Source: Patescibacteria group bacterium (lineage in GTDB: Bacteria; Patescibacteriota; Microgenomatia; UBA1400; MFAQ01). Taken from it: a DNA stretch of 64,000 bases. This document shows positions 52,843-61,980 of the stretch, piece after piece. The position numbers and the translations under genes are program-made. Numbering within the stretch: position 1 is the first letter of the stretch; every line of letters begins with the position of its first letter. The stretch covers positions 8,590 through 72,589 of the forward strand of contig CALRDV010000003.1 of the NCBI GenBank assembly GCA_943355005.1. Direction: 5' to 3'. The notes under the pieces were generated by a model. That model ran no database searches and was not told the origin of the DNA. It saw only the letters and a list, made by a program, of their open reading frames with translations.

Positions 52843-53399
52843 TATTCTCGAAAGAGATTGTTCCTTAATTCATAAATGAATTTGGACTGCGAAGTTGGTC
52901 ACCAAGCTGGAATTCTAAATATTTGGATTTCGAGCTTGGTGGCCGACAACGCAACGGCGCCATGACGTCCCTTGATGTGAGTACTCCATTTTTTTATCAT
53001 TCAGGAGACTCTATTCTAAACGTATGTATCGTTGTGCACAAAGTTGCGGGGATTCACTGCCTGCTTTGTGTAGTCGCGTTGCTTTCCCTAAGTGCCCCTC
53101 GCAAAGGCAACCTTTCTCAAGACGAGAAGGTGGAAACCGGAGGCAGTCCGGCAGAGAGATTGGGAGATGGTTGCTCAACCGTCTTCACTCTCTGATGGTG
53201 ACTTCCTGAATGAGCCCCTCTTCACATTGGACCCCGGGGTCTATTTGTGTCGAAGCGCGGAAGTCATCCAGTCCTCAGGAGCTGAAAGCAGTGATATGGC
53301 CTTTTTCGGTCTATGCACAAATGCTAGCTCCTGGGGACAAATTCATTTATCTTATTTCATCTCTGAGACCGGCCATGCGCCGGTCTCATTTGCGTTTTT
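52843..53399 (+). ncRNA. Candidate large structured ncRNA 2 (~555 nt)
   Basis: Perfect 13-bp 5'/3' closing helix, multiple internal helices, terminator TGAGACCGGC..GCCGGTCTCA plus T-rich tail. Confidence 0.68.
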
Positions 53400-53510
53400 G
53401 GGACTTGTAGTACAATTCCCGTTTGTGTTTGCCCGAGAAAGTTGGGCGCTTAACGTGTATATTTTAAAGAAGGCATGCGGGCGGGTCACGCCCCGCCCCT
53501 ACAAAAAATT

Positions 53511-55583
53511 ATGAAATTGGTAATCGTAGAATCACCCACCAAGACAAAAAGTCTCTCAAAATATTTGGGAGGTGATTTTGAGATCTTGGCAAGTATGGGA
53601 CATGTGCGGGATTTGCCGAAAAGTAAATTTGGAATTGAAATAAAAGATAACGGGGATGATAAATTTAGCTTCGAACCGACTTACGCCATCATGGATAAGA
53701 AGGAAGATACAGTGAAGAGACTCAAAGTCGAGGCAGCCAGAGCCGACGAAGTAATACTTGCTTCCGATCCTGACCGCGAAGGAGAAGCAATCGCCTGGCA
53801 TGTAGAACAAATTTTGAAAGATGCCCTAAAAGGCAAGAAGAAACAGCCAATTTTTAAGAGAGTGGCTTACAACTCTATCACCAAGGAAGCGATTCTTGAA
53901 GCTATGGAGAACCCTCGTGAAATTGATATGAACATGGTGAACTCTCAGCAAGCCAGAAGGTTTCTGGATCGTTTGGTGGGATATAAACTGTCGCCAATTT
54001 TATGGAAAAAAGTTCGACGTGGATTGTCTGCCGGCCGGGTGCAGAGTGTGGCAGTCCGATTAATTGTAGACAGGGAAAGAGAGATTGAAAAATTTATCCC
54101 TGTCGAGTATTGGCAAATTAGGGCTTTGGTAAAAACCGAAAAAGGAGATGAATTTTGGGTAGAGCTGGCCCGCCTACGCAGTGCTACGGCGAGGCAAGCT
54201 AAATTAGAAATAAGAAATGGAGTAGAAGCCAAAGAAATATTGGATGTATTGGAAACAGTTGACTATTTAATTGAAGACATTAAGAAGTCCGAGAGGAAGA
54301 CGCAACCCCATGCGCCGTTCAAGACATCTACTTTACAGCAAGCTGCGGCAAACGTTTTGGGCTGGTCCGCTAAGAAAACGATGAATGTGGCACAAAAACT
54401 TTACGAGCAGGGAGATATTACTTACCACAGAACTGATTCATTTAATTTAGCTCCTGTCGCCATTGATGCGACCAGGAAATTTATTCTTGAGGAATATGGT
54501 GAAAAGTATTTGCCAAAAGTGCCGAGAATGTACAAGACTTCAGGTAAAGTGGTAGCACAAGAAGCCCATGAAGCCGTCCGACCAACACATATCGAAGTCA
54601 CACCGGAAAAATATACAGGCCAAGAAATGCCGATTGATGAGAAGAAACTTTATTCACTGATTTGGCGAAGAACGGTAGCGTGTCAGATGGCCGAAGCAAT
54701 TTTTGATGATACAAAAGTAGTGGTGAAGGCAGGAACTTGTGAACTGACAGCCAATGGAATTGTAGTGAAGTTTGATGGCTGGAAAAAACTGTTTGCCAAA
54801 GACCCCACTTCGCCAGGGCTTCGAGGGGCAAGTAATGAACCTGTGGCTTTGCCGGAAATGAAAGTGGGGGAGAAGCTGACGAAAAAGAAGATTGAAAGTT
54901 TGCAGAAATTCACCCAGCCGCCGGCTAGGTTTAATGATGCATCGCTTATCAAGGAGCTGGAGAAGAAGGGGATTGGACGACCTTCGACTTACGCGGCAAT
55001 TATCTCGACAATCATTGATCGAAGATATGTAGAGCAGAAAGATAAAAAGTTTTTCCCGACATCGATTGGGAAAGCGGTAGTAGATTTCCTCATGGAAAAC
55101 TTCCCTAGAGAGATGGAATATGAGTTTACGGCGAAGATGGAAGATTCTTTGGATGATATTGCGAGTGGAAAAGTGAAGTGGATGGAGATGCTAAGTAAGT
55201 TTTGGGGTGATTTTTCCAGAAAATTATTTAAGGTGGATAAAGACAGTGCTAGAGTCGGAGTTCCCACTGAGAGTACCGGCCAGAAGTGTCCGGAGTGCAA
55301 AGAGGGGGAGATAGTGATTCGTGATGGTAAATTTGGAAAGTTCCTAAGCTGTAATAGATATCCGGAGTGTAAATATAAGGCGCCTTATATTCTGTATGTA
55401 GATGGTGTGGTGTGTGAGAAATGTGGCAAAAGAGTGGTGATGAAGAAAACTAAAACTAACCGAGATTTTTACGGCTGTGAGGACTACCCGAACTGTACCT
55501 GGGCCAGCTGGAAGAAGCCTCTCACCAAGGAAGAGGAGAAACAGGCTGAGGTAAAAGATACGGGAGAGGAAGTGGAGGAGTAG
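53511..55583 (+). CDS. topA: DNA topoisomerase I
   Basis: LVIVESP.K, ASMGHVRDL, DPDREGE, SAGRVQS, ITYHRTDS, AQEAHEA, GIGRPSTY, C-terminal Zn ribbons. Confidence 0.97.
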   Translation: MKLVIVESPTKTKSLSKYLGGDFEILASMGHVRDLPKSKFGIEIKDNGDDKFSFEPTYAIMDKKEDTVKRLKVEAARADEVILASDPDREGEAIAWHVEQILKDALKGKKKQPIFKRVAYNSITKEAILEAMENPREIDMNMVNSQQARRFLDRLVGYKLSPILWKKVRRGLSAGRVQSVAVRLIVDREREIEKFIPVEYWQIRALVKTEKGDEFWVELARLRSATARQAKLEIRNGVEAKEILDVLETVDYLIEDIKKSERKTQPHAPFKTSTLQQAAANVLGWSAKKTMNVAQKLYEQGDITYHRTDSFNLAPVAIDATRKFILEEYGEKYLPKVPRMYKTSGKVVAQEAHEAVRPTHIEVTPEKYTGQEMPIDEKKLYSLIWRRTVACQMAEAIFDDTKVVVKAGTCELTANGIVVKFDGWKKLFAKDPTSPGLRGASNEPVALPEMKVGEKLTKKKIESLQKFTQPPARFNDASLIKELEKKGIGRPSTYAAIISTIIDRRYVEQKDKKFFPTSIGKAVVDFLMENFPREMEYEFTAKMEDSLDDIASGKVKWMEMLSKFWGDFSRKLFKVDKDSARVGVPTESTGQKCPECKEGEIVIRDGKFGKFLSCNRYPECKYKAPYILYVDGVVCEKCGKRVVMKKTKTNRDFYGCEDYPNCTWASWKKPLTKEEEKQAEVKDTGEEVEE
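54168..54198 (+). repeat. In-frame palindromic insertion in topA (family C)
   Basis: GCCCGCCTACGCAGTGCTACGGCGAGGCAAG encoding ARLRSATARQ. Confidence 0.7.
54801..54832 (+). repeat. Second in-frame palindromic insertion in topA (family C)
   Basis: GACCCCACTTCGCCAGGGCTTCGAGGGGCAAG encoding DPTSPGLRGA. Confidence 0.7.
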
Positions 55584-55624
55584 ATTTTTAGTATAAAAAA
55601 GACCCCACAAGGGAGTCTTTTGAT

Positions 55625-56056
55625 TTATGATGCGGTATAGGAGACTTCGGCTTTTTCGCTGGGGTGATCCGGAACAATTCGGATATCGACATTCTTGTCC
55701 GCACTTTGTTCGCCACAGTCGGTACGGAACCTGATATTAAAGGCTCCGGTGACTATTACTGTTCGGACAACTGGCTCACCACTATTACTTACCGGCGTAA
55801 CCCCGTGCTGAATGGTTCGGTTGCCTTCTTTGGATGAGTAGATTTGTGCCTTGCCATCAGAGACACTGACCTCCGCCCGGTAACCGTTTTGCGCGAACTT
55901 GATAGTTATCTTCATTCCATCGTAGACATATCCTGTCATGTTCAGTGTGTCGCCAAAAGTTGCCTTGGTGACTTGTAATCCTGCAATATCGAGGGAGTGA
56001 TAATCGTTTAGATGACCAACAGTCAAGGTCTTTCCTGGTTCAAGTGATTTTTCCAT
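55625..56056 (-). CDS. Hypothetical protein
   Basis: AAGGAG RBS; own promoter at about 56107-56136. Confidence 0.65.
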   Translation of the reverse strand: MEKSLEPGKTLTVGHLNDYHSLDIAGLQVTKATFGDTLNMTGYVYDGMKITIKFAQNGYRAEVSVSDGKAQIYSSKEGNRTIQHGVTPVSNSGEPVVRTVIVTGAFNIRFRTDCGEQSADKNVDIRIVPDHPSEKAEVSYTAS

Positions 56057-56202
56057 TTAAAGTTCTCCTTTGTAACGTGCCTGGGGTGAGTTTTTAGATA
56101 CCCTATATAGTACCACAGATGAGGCTGGAATGTCAAGTTCTAGGTAAAAGTGATATAATATGGGTTGAAAGTTCGCTAACAAAAATTTGAGAGGAGCAGA
56201 CA

Positions 56203-56772
56203 ATGGATATTTCAGTTTCAAGTATTAAGTTTTCTAATAGAAGTATTATCAAAGCGTCATTGCCCGAAGGATATCAGACGAGTAACGGGGATAAAACCGA
56301 CCACATCGTCGCAATTTGCAACGGAACCACAATGGTGGGTACCGCCCAGGTCGAGGGTCTTCATGTACATTTCGAATTTGAAAAGGATGTACACGGTGTG
56401 ATCACCGAGAAGGCGCAAGCTTTCAAAAAGGCGCTATACAAGAAGTTTCCGGAACTGGATCCTGAACGGATCGTCTGGAATATCTTCTACCTCTGGGGCA
56501 CAGAGTATACGTATCATGGGCAGGGCTACACCAATCCCGTCAGCGCCTTGAATGAATTTGAACCGATGATGGCACGGAATGGGGCATGGCTTTGCTCGTT
56601 TCGGGCGAAGCATGCAATGGAATTGGAGTTCGATACTCTTGCTTCATTTCCCATCTACGCTGCTGAGGGTTTGAGTTTTGATTCGTTTTCTGATGTGGGG
56701 TCAATTCATATCATGATCACAAACGATGAAAAAGCCAGCTTGAACATCACGAATACTCTCGCGCTGGAATAG
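56203..56772 (+). CDS. Hypothetical protein
   Basis: GAGGAG RBS; terminator GCGACTCGCA..TGCGGGTCGC plus T tract. Confidence 0.65.
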   Translation: MDISVSSIKFSNRSIIKASLPEGYQTSNGDKTDHIVAICNGTTMVGTAQVEGLHVHFEFEKDVHGVITEKAQAFKKALYKKFPELDPERIVWNIFYLWGTEYTYHGQGYTNPVSALNEFEPMMARNGAWLCSFRAKHAMELEFDTLASFPIYAAEGLSFDSFSDVGSIHIMITNDEKASLNITNTLALE

Positions 56773-56837
56773 TTTCTATAATGCGACTCGCAAATGCGGG
56801 TCGCTTTTTTTATAAAAAAACCCAGTTATATCTGGGT

Positions 56838-57278
56838 TTATTTGCTTTGAAGTGAATAGAGTAATCTCAGGCCGTGAACTGATATTAGGGGGGCTATGGT
56901 GAGAGTTACGATTACCGGGATGTTTTCTTTAGTGACAGATTCCCAGGATAGCAGATAAGTTTCGGGGGCGGTCAGGATGACTCCCGGCTTAAGATTTTTG
57001 CGAGAGAGACCGGAGTGCTTATAGGAGAAATTTAATGGTCTAGTAATGTCCGATGCGTTCTCGATGGAGAAGCGACCCATGAGGCCTTTACCGACATTCA
57101 CTTTTAGAATATGTCCCACATTGACAAGGTCAGGGATGAGAATTGAATGGACGAGATTTTGTTTTCTCTCTGTACCACCATAAATGTGAAAGACGCCAAA
57201 GTCTGGACAAGTGCGATTGGTAAATACTTCTTTAGGGATATTTTGAACAAGTGAAATGACGACATCATTCATGTGCAT
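56838..57278 (-). CDS. Hypothetical protein
   Basis: AAGGAG RBS, 146 aa. Confidence 0.6.
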   Translation of the reverse strand: MHMNDVVISLVQNIPKEVFTNRTCPDFGVFHIYGGTERKQNLVHSILIPDLVNVGHILKVNVGKGLMGRFSIENASDITRPLNFSYKHSGLSRKNLKPGVILTAPETYLLSWESVTKENIPVIVTLTIAPLISVHGLRLLYSLQSK

Positions 57279-57332
57279 GGTTATCTCCTTTTTTCAATGG
57301 GCAAAGATGAGTAATTGTACTATCATTTAATT

Positions 57333-58610
57333 ATGGCTATTTTTGCCCGAATAAAGAAATTGTTGAAGTCGGTCGGTCCCGGGTTTATTACCGGGGCGGC
57401 GGATGATGATCCGAGTGGAGTAGCGACGTACTCTATTGCCGGAGCACAGTTTGGCTATGGCATGCTTTGGATGAGTTTGTTTCTGCTGCCGGCGATGATT
57501 TCTATTCAGGAAATGTGCGGACGAATCGGCATGGTGTCCGGACGAGGTTTGGCCGGGGTGATTAAAAAATATTATTCTAAGAAGCTGTTGTGGTTTGCTG
57601 TCTCACTTCTTTTTGTAGCTAATGTGATTAATATTGGCGCCGATTTGGGTATTATGGCTGCCTCATTACAAATGCTTTTGGGACTGCCATATTATTTTTG
57701 GCTGGTAGTGACATCTGCACTTATTATATGGATGGAGATTGCTGTTTCTTACAAAAAATATTCCAAATATCTTAAGTGGTTGGGCCTTTCATTGCTAGTT
57801 TATGTCATCACCGCTTTTATGGTGAAGCAAGAACTGAAGGAAATTGTGATGTCTACTTTGGTGCCCAGTATCCAATTTAATCTGGGTTATTTGATGACTT
57901 TGGTGGGTTTTCTAGGAACCACGATTTCTCCATATTTATTTTTCTGGCAAGCTTCGGAAGAAGTTGAGGAGGAAATTTCTGATGCTAGATTTCCGATATC
58001 AGACTTCGATCAAAAAGCGGCGGTCAGCAAGAAAAGAGTGGCTGTAATGAGAGCGGATACTAATGTGGGAATGCTTTTTTCCAATCTGATGACTTTCTTT
58101 ATCATTCTAACCACGGCTGCGACTTTAAATAAAAATGGAATTTTCAGTATCAATACACCCCAAGAAGCGGCACTCGCACTTAAACCGCTGGCAGGGGATT
58201 TTGCCTATATTTTGTTTGCTGTAGGAATTATCGGAATTGGTTTGCAGTCTATTCCTGTCTTGGCCGGCTCGGTCGCTTATGCTGTATCTGAGGCCTTAGG
58301 GATAAAAGAAGGTTTGTCTAAAAAATTTGGTGAGGCCAAGGGGTTTTATCTCGTGATTTTTGTAGCGACAATTATGGGTATGCTCATGAATATGTTTGGC
58401 GTAAATACGATTCAAGCTCTTTATTATAGTGCGATTGTAAATGGGGTAATTGCCGTACCTCTTATTTTTATCATCATTAAACTGGCGGATGACGAAAGAG
58501 TAGTGGATGGTTTCAAGACCAAAAAGTGGGCTAAAGTCTTCGCTTGGGCTACCTTTGTTTTTATGGCTTTGGCGGTGGTACTGATGGTGATGGCGACACT
58601 ATTGAAATGA
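57333..58610 (+). CDS. Nramp/MntH-family divalent metal transporter
   Basis: GPGFITGAADDDPSG, GTTISPYLFFWQ, about 11 TM. Confidence 0.9.
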   Translation: MAIFARIKKLLKSVGPGFITGAADDDPSGVATYSIAGAQFGYGMLWMSLFLLPAMISIQEMCGRIGMVSGRGLAGVIKKYYSKKLLWFAVSLLFVANVINIGADLGIMAASLQMLLGLPYYFWLVVTSALIIWMEIAVSYKKYSKYLKWLGLSLLVYVITAFMVKQELKEIVMSTLVPSIQFNLGYLMTLVGFLGTTISPYLFFWQASEEVEEEISDARFPISDFDQKAAVSKKRVAVMRADTNVGMLFSNLMTFFIILTTAATLNKNGIFSINTPQEAALALKPLAGDFAYILFAVGIIGIGLQSIPVLAGSVAYAVSEALGIKEGLSKKFGEAKGFYLVIFVATIMGMLMNMFGVNTIQALYYSAIVNGVIAVPLIFIIIKLADDERVVDGFKTKKWAKVFAWATFVFMALAVVLMVMATLLK

Positions 58611-58646
58611 CCCTAGACAGGTCGATAAATTTAGAATAAGTTAGAG

Positions 58647-58874
58647 GTGATGACGGAAAAATTTGATAGTAAATTTCATAAATGGTATGTCGGTGGAGAT
58701 GGTGAAGTAGTTGAGCGACCACTTCCAAGCCCCACTTTTGAGGTAGTAGGGATGACCTATGAGGAAGTGTTGGATGAGTACCGTATTTATATGGGAGATC
58801 CTTTGGCTGAATTTCCTCAAGCAATAATCGACCAATTAAAAATGGCCGGAAAGGTACCTGAAGAAAATGGGTAG
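58647..58874 (+). CDS. Small hypothetical protein
   Basis: Overlaps the tmk start; GAGG upstream. Confidence 0.5.
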   Translation: MMTEKFDSKFHKWYVGGDGEVVERPLPSPTFEVVGMTYEEVLDEYRIYMGDPLAEFPQAIIDQLKMAGKVPEENG

Positions 58875-59445
58875 ATTTATTGTTTTGTACGGGTCCAATA
58901 ATCTCGGAAAATCGAAGCAGTTGGAACTTTTGGAACAGACCTATCTGGAAGCTGGATTACCGTATACTAGAATAAAATATCCCATCTACGATTCGCCGAC
59001 AGGTGAAATCATTAATAGAGTTTTGAGGCCGGATGAAAATGGAAATAAGCTGGAAATGTCCGATGACGATTTACAGTGCCTGTATGCCGAAAACAGGAGG
59101 CAGTATGAACTGGCTTTGTTGGCTTTACTTGAGCAAGGCGACGTAATCGCAGAGGATTATGTGGGTACAGGTTTGGCTTGGGGACTGACTAAGGGTGTGG
59201 ATAGGGGGCTCTTGGATGAATTTAATAGGGGACTACTAAGACCTGATTTTGAGATACTGTTGGATGGACAAAGGTTTGGTGGAAGTATCGAAAAAGGCCA
59301 CCGACACGAAGCGGCCGGTCAAGAGGTTTGGGAGAGAAGTCGGGAGGTTCACTTGGGTTTGGCTCGGGAAATGGGGTGGAGGATAGTAAACGCCAATGAA
59401 AGTGTGGAAAGGGTGCATGAGAGCATTATGGAGATTTTGAGCTAG
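58867..59445 (+). CDS. tmk: Thymidylate kinase
   Basis: FIVLYG.NNLGKSKQ P-loop, KYP.Y..PTG, LYAENR, VIAEDY..TGLAWG. Confidence 0.8.
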   Translation: MGRFIVLYGSNNLGKSKQLELLEQTYLEAGLPYTRIKYPIYDSPTGEIINRVLRPDENGNKLEMSDDDLQCLYAENRRQYELALLALLEQGDVIAEDYVGTGLAWGLTKGVDRGLLDEFNRGLLRPDFEILLDGQRFGGSIEKGHRHEAAGQEVWERSREVHLGLAREMGWRIVNANESVERVHESIMEILS

Positions 59446-59461
59446 AGAATTACCGGGGGTC

Positions 59462-59490
59462 TTGACAAATTGACTGTTATGGGGTATACT
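59462..59490 (+). promoter_or_regulatory. Sigma70 promoter closely resembling the ncRNA 1 promoter
   Basis: GGGTCTTGACAAAT....TGTTATGGGGTAT shared with 52199-52229; -10 is TATACT. Confidence 0.75.
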
Positions 59491-59591
59491 TCCCACTATT
59501 GTGCTGTGCCTGATGCATAGCTAATCCTAGAAGTTGCGGCTCGGCCGTGACTCAGGACCTTGATAACTGAATGAAAGGAAAGGAGCGAGAC

Positions 59592-61052
59592 ATGGAAAAA
59601 TTTATCCTAGGGGCAGAAATTTTCTTATTTGCCTCGATTGTATTGTTCGCTGTTAAGGCGATACTGGATGTTACCAACTCGGACTACGAAGTGACCTGGA
59701 ATGAATACATTGTCGTCACGATAGTTGTTGGTCTGGTTCTCTCTTTTGGAGGGGTTCAGATCGGTTGGGCGCAAGCTCGTAATTCACAGAAAAGCTTTAA
59801 TGAGATTTGGGGTGGCTGGGAGAATGGAGCATGGCCTGTTGATTTTGGCTGTACCAAGGACGGTCCTTGTATACACGAGTATCCTTGTGATCACTACATT
59901 ACATATACGACTGAGTGTAATGGGTATGACAAAGATGGTAAATGCACAGGTACTCACCAAGAACCACATGATAATTGGCATGCTTGCCCGGTTTATACCA
60001 AGGAAACCAGCTATCTGATGTCGACTAACCTCGATCAAGAATTTGAGTTCGGTAATCACTGTGTCGATCTAAATCCTGTTCGTTGGGGAATTGGATCTTC
60101 CGATTATGAAGCTGGACAAACTGCCGTCAACGCATGTGTGGGCATTCCGCCTGCCTGGGAAGCGGTGAACTATCGTGTAAACGTGATTCATCAGCCTGGT
60201 CCTGCTTTCAAAAAGAATACATACGAAAACCTCGTAATCGCAGCGGATGAGGAAATGTTCAAGAAGTATGATGGATATGTTCAGGAATTTTTGGCGGCCG
60301 GGATTCTTCCTATGGTGGTCAGTCCTGAAGCAATTCACGATTACTATTTGACTGAGCCGATATATGCTGTTGGGTGGGCGCCTCAAAACCCTGCACAATG
60401 GCAGGAATACATCCGCTATCTCGATGGTGCAGTTGGTGAAGAACTGCATGGTACTACCCATGTCGTAATCATCCAAAGCCCAATTGCTGATAGGAATCCT
60501 CAGCGCTATATTACTACTCTCAAAGCTTATTGGCAGGATCCTAAGTTCTGCGGTGACAACTGTTTTCCCAAAAATGGAATTTTGATCGTTGTTGGGACGA
60601 CGGATGGATCAACAGTGGCTTGGGCGCGAGCTGAGACAGGTATGCCTGTAGGCAACCGAGACCTGATCAACCATGCTGAGATCGATCTAGTAGGTGTTGC
60701 CTTAACACCTGATGCTTTGATCGGACGAATCATCCCTGAGCCTTATGTCCGTGACGATGGCAAGAATAAAGTGCGGGCATTACACCCGAATCCAGGTGCA
60801 ATCGAAACACTAGTCTGGGGCTTAAAATTCCCTGAGACCAAGTTCGTGCGTATCTCGATGAAGGCGAAGGATGCGGATGATGTGGGAACTGGGTTTAATT
60901 GGTTGGAAGAAATGATTCGTCCAACAAAAACTCAGCAAAGATGGATCGTATTTTGGTGTTCTTTGTTGTCACTTATCCCGATCGGGATTGTGGCGGCTAA
61001 TGGCGAACGACCACGCCGGCGCAGTCGCTCCTCATCGAGCTACTTCCGGTAG
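59592..61052 (+). CDS. Membrane protein with a Cys-rich periplasmic region and a TPM-like domain
   Basis: 2 N-terminal TM, Cys-rich segment, KAYWQ...KNGILIVVG....V.WAR, C-terminal TM and Arg/Ser tail; AGGAG RBS. Confidence 0.65.
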   Translation: MEKFILGAEIFLFASIVLFAVKAILDVTNSDYEVTWNEYIVVTIVVGLVLSFGGVQIGWAQARNSQKSFNEIWGGWENGAWPVDFGCTKDGPCIHEYPCDHYITYTTECNGYDKDGKCTGTHQEPHDNWHACPVYTKETSYLMSTNLDQEFEFGNHCVDLNPVRWGIGSSDYEAGQTAVNACVGIPPAWEAVNYRVNVIHQPGPAFKKNTYENLVIAADEEMFKKYDGYVQEFLAAGILPMVVSPEAIHDYYLTEPIYAVGWAPQNPAQWQEYIRYLDGAVGEELHGTTHVVIIQSPIADRNPQRYITTLKAYWQDPKFCGDNCFPKNGILIVVGTTDGSTVAWARAETGMPVGNRDLINHAEIDLVGVALTPDALIGRIIPEPYVRDDGKNKVRALHPNPGAIETLVWGLKFPETKFVRISMKAKDADDVGTGFNWLEEMIRPTKTQQRWIVFWCSLLSLIPIGIVAANGERPRRRSRSSSSYFR

Positions 61053-61087
61053 TCGTTTATAAAACTATTGTTCAAGGAGAAATAAAA

Positions 61088-61753
61088 ATGGATCCGATTC
61101 AAATTTTGAAGAAATACGGTTGGTTGGTGGTTGTGGGCGTGATTTTGCTCAGCATCATCAGCGCTGTGAGTAATACCAAGACGCAAAACCGGTTCTACGA
61201 GAACCAGGCGAATGCGATCTATGCATCGTGCCAGACCGAATTGTCGACCTACATGGTCGCCTTCAACGACAAGTTCAGCATTATGAACTTCAATGCCGCG
61301 ACGGTTCATTCCGTCATCACGGACGCTGTTACCGGGCGTTATGATCAGCTTGGCAACGATGGTCTGCCGACAGGAAGTATCGACGCTGGACTGCTGGTGA
61401 ATGCCATTATGGTCAGTGAGGCTTACCCTGACACCAGCGCTTTGACTGCGTTCGCGCAAGAATTTTCAATTTGGGATGCTTCCCGGCGCGAGGATTTTGG
61501 GAATTGCCAAAAATCACTTATCAGCAATTTCCAGTCCTGGGACACCTTCAACAGTGGTCTGGTTCAGGAACCGTTGTCTGCTGCGATGGGATTCCCCGAT
61601 GAAAAACTGACGACTGGTGGAAAGAATCCGCTTTTTGGTCAGGCTGCCCGCGAGAAGATGCTCGAATTGGTCCTGTACAAGGGCGCGCGCGATGCGTATG
61701 AGTCCGGTGATCTTTTGGACAACCCAATCCCGACCCCGATGATTCAGCCTTAA
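61088..61753 (+). CDS. LemA-like single-TM coiled-coil protein
   Basis: N-terminal TM, ENQANAIY..CQTEL...DAVTGRY...EAYPD, F..CQ..L. Confidence 0.5.
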   Translation: MDPIQILKKYGWLVVVGVILLSIISAVSNTKTQNRFYENQANAIYASCQTELSTYMVAFNDKFSIMNFNAATVHSVITDAVTGRYDQLGNDGLPTGSIDAGLLVNAIMVSEAYPDTSALTAFAQEFSIWDASRREDFGNCQKSLISNFQSWDTFNSGLVQEPLSAAMGFPDEKLTTGGKNPLFGQAAREKMLELVLYKGARDAYESGDLLDNPIPTPMIQP

Positions 61754-61980
61754 TCATCGATCCATTCAGTATCATAATATTAGTCTCCCCAGTACGGGGA
61801 GACTTTTTTGTGGCTTAAGTGGTAATTGCAATGGGTAATAACCATGCCTCTGGGGGGTCCTGTAGTGCTCCTAAATCCTGATATTAACGTAATATCCTAT
61901 ATGAATGGCTCCAGGATAGTCACGTACTGCCTTTAGCCAATAAAAAGCCTCTCCCGTTGGGAGAGGCTTTCTTTGTTTCT

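Noticed and set aside
52239-53399. RNase P RNA, tmRNA, SRP, rRNA fragment or group I/II intron as identities for the large RNAs
   Set aside because: I could not find GAGGAAAGTCC/AACCCGGCTTA, tmRNA tRNA-like ends, the SRP GGAA loop motif, rRNA signatures or a group II domain V, and no host gene is interrupted; a covariance search is still needed
52609-53514. ORFs 52609..52815, 52923..53195, 53024..53209, 53092..53514, 53210..53410 and the topA extension from 53475
   Set aside because: Mutually overlapping, no convincing RBS or recognisable motifs, some cross terminators; topA homology begins at MKLVIVES (53511)
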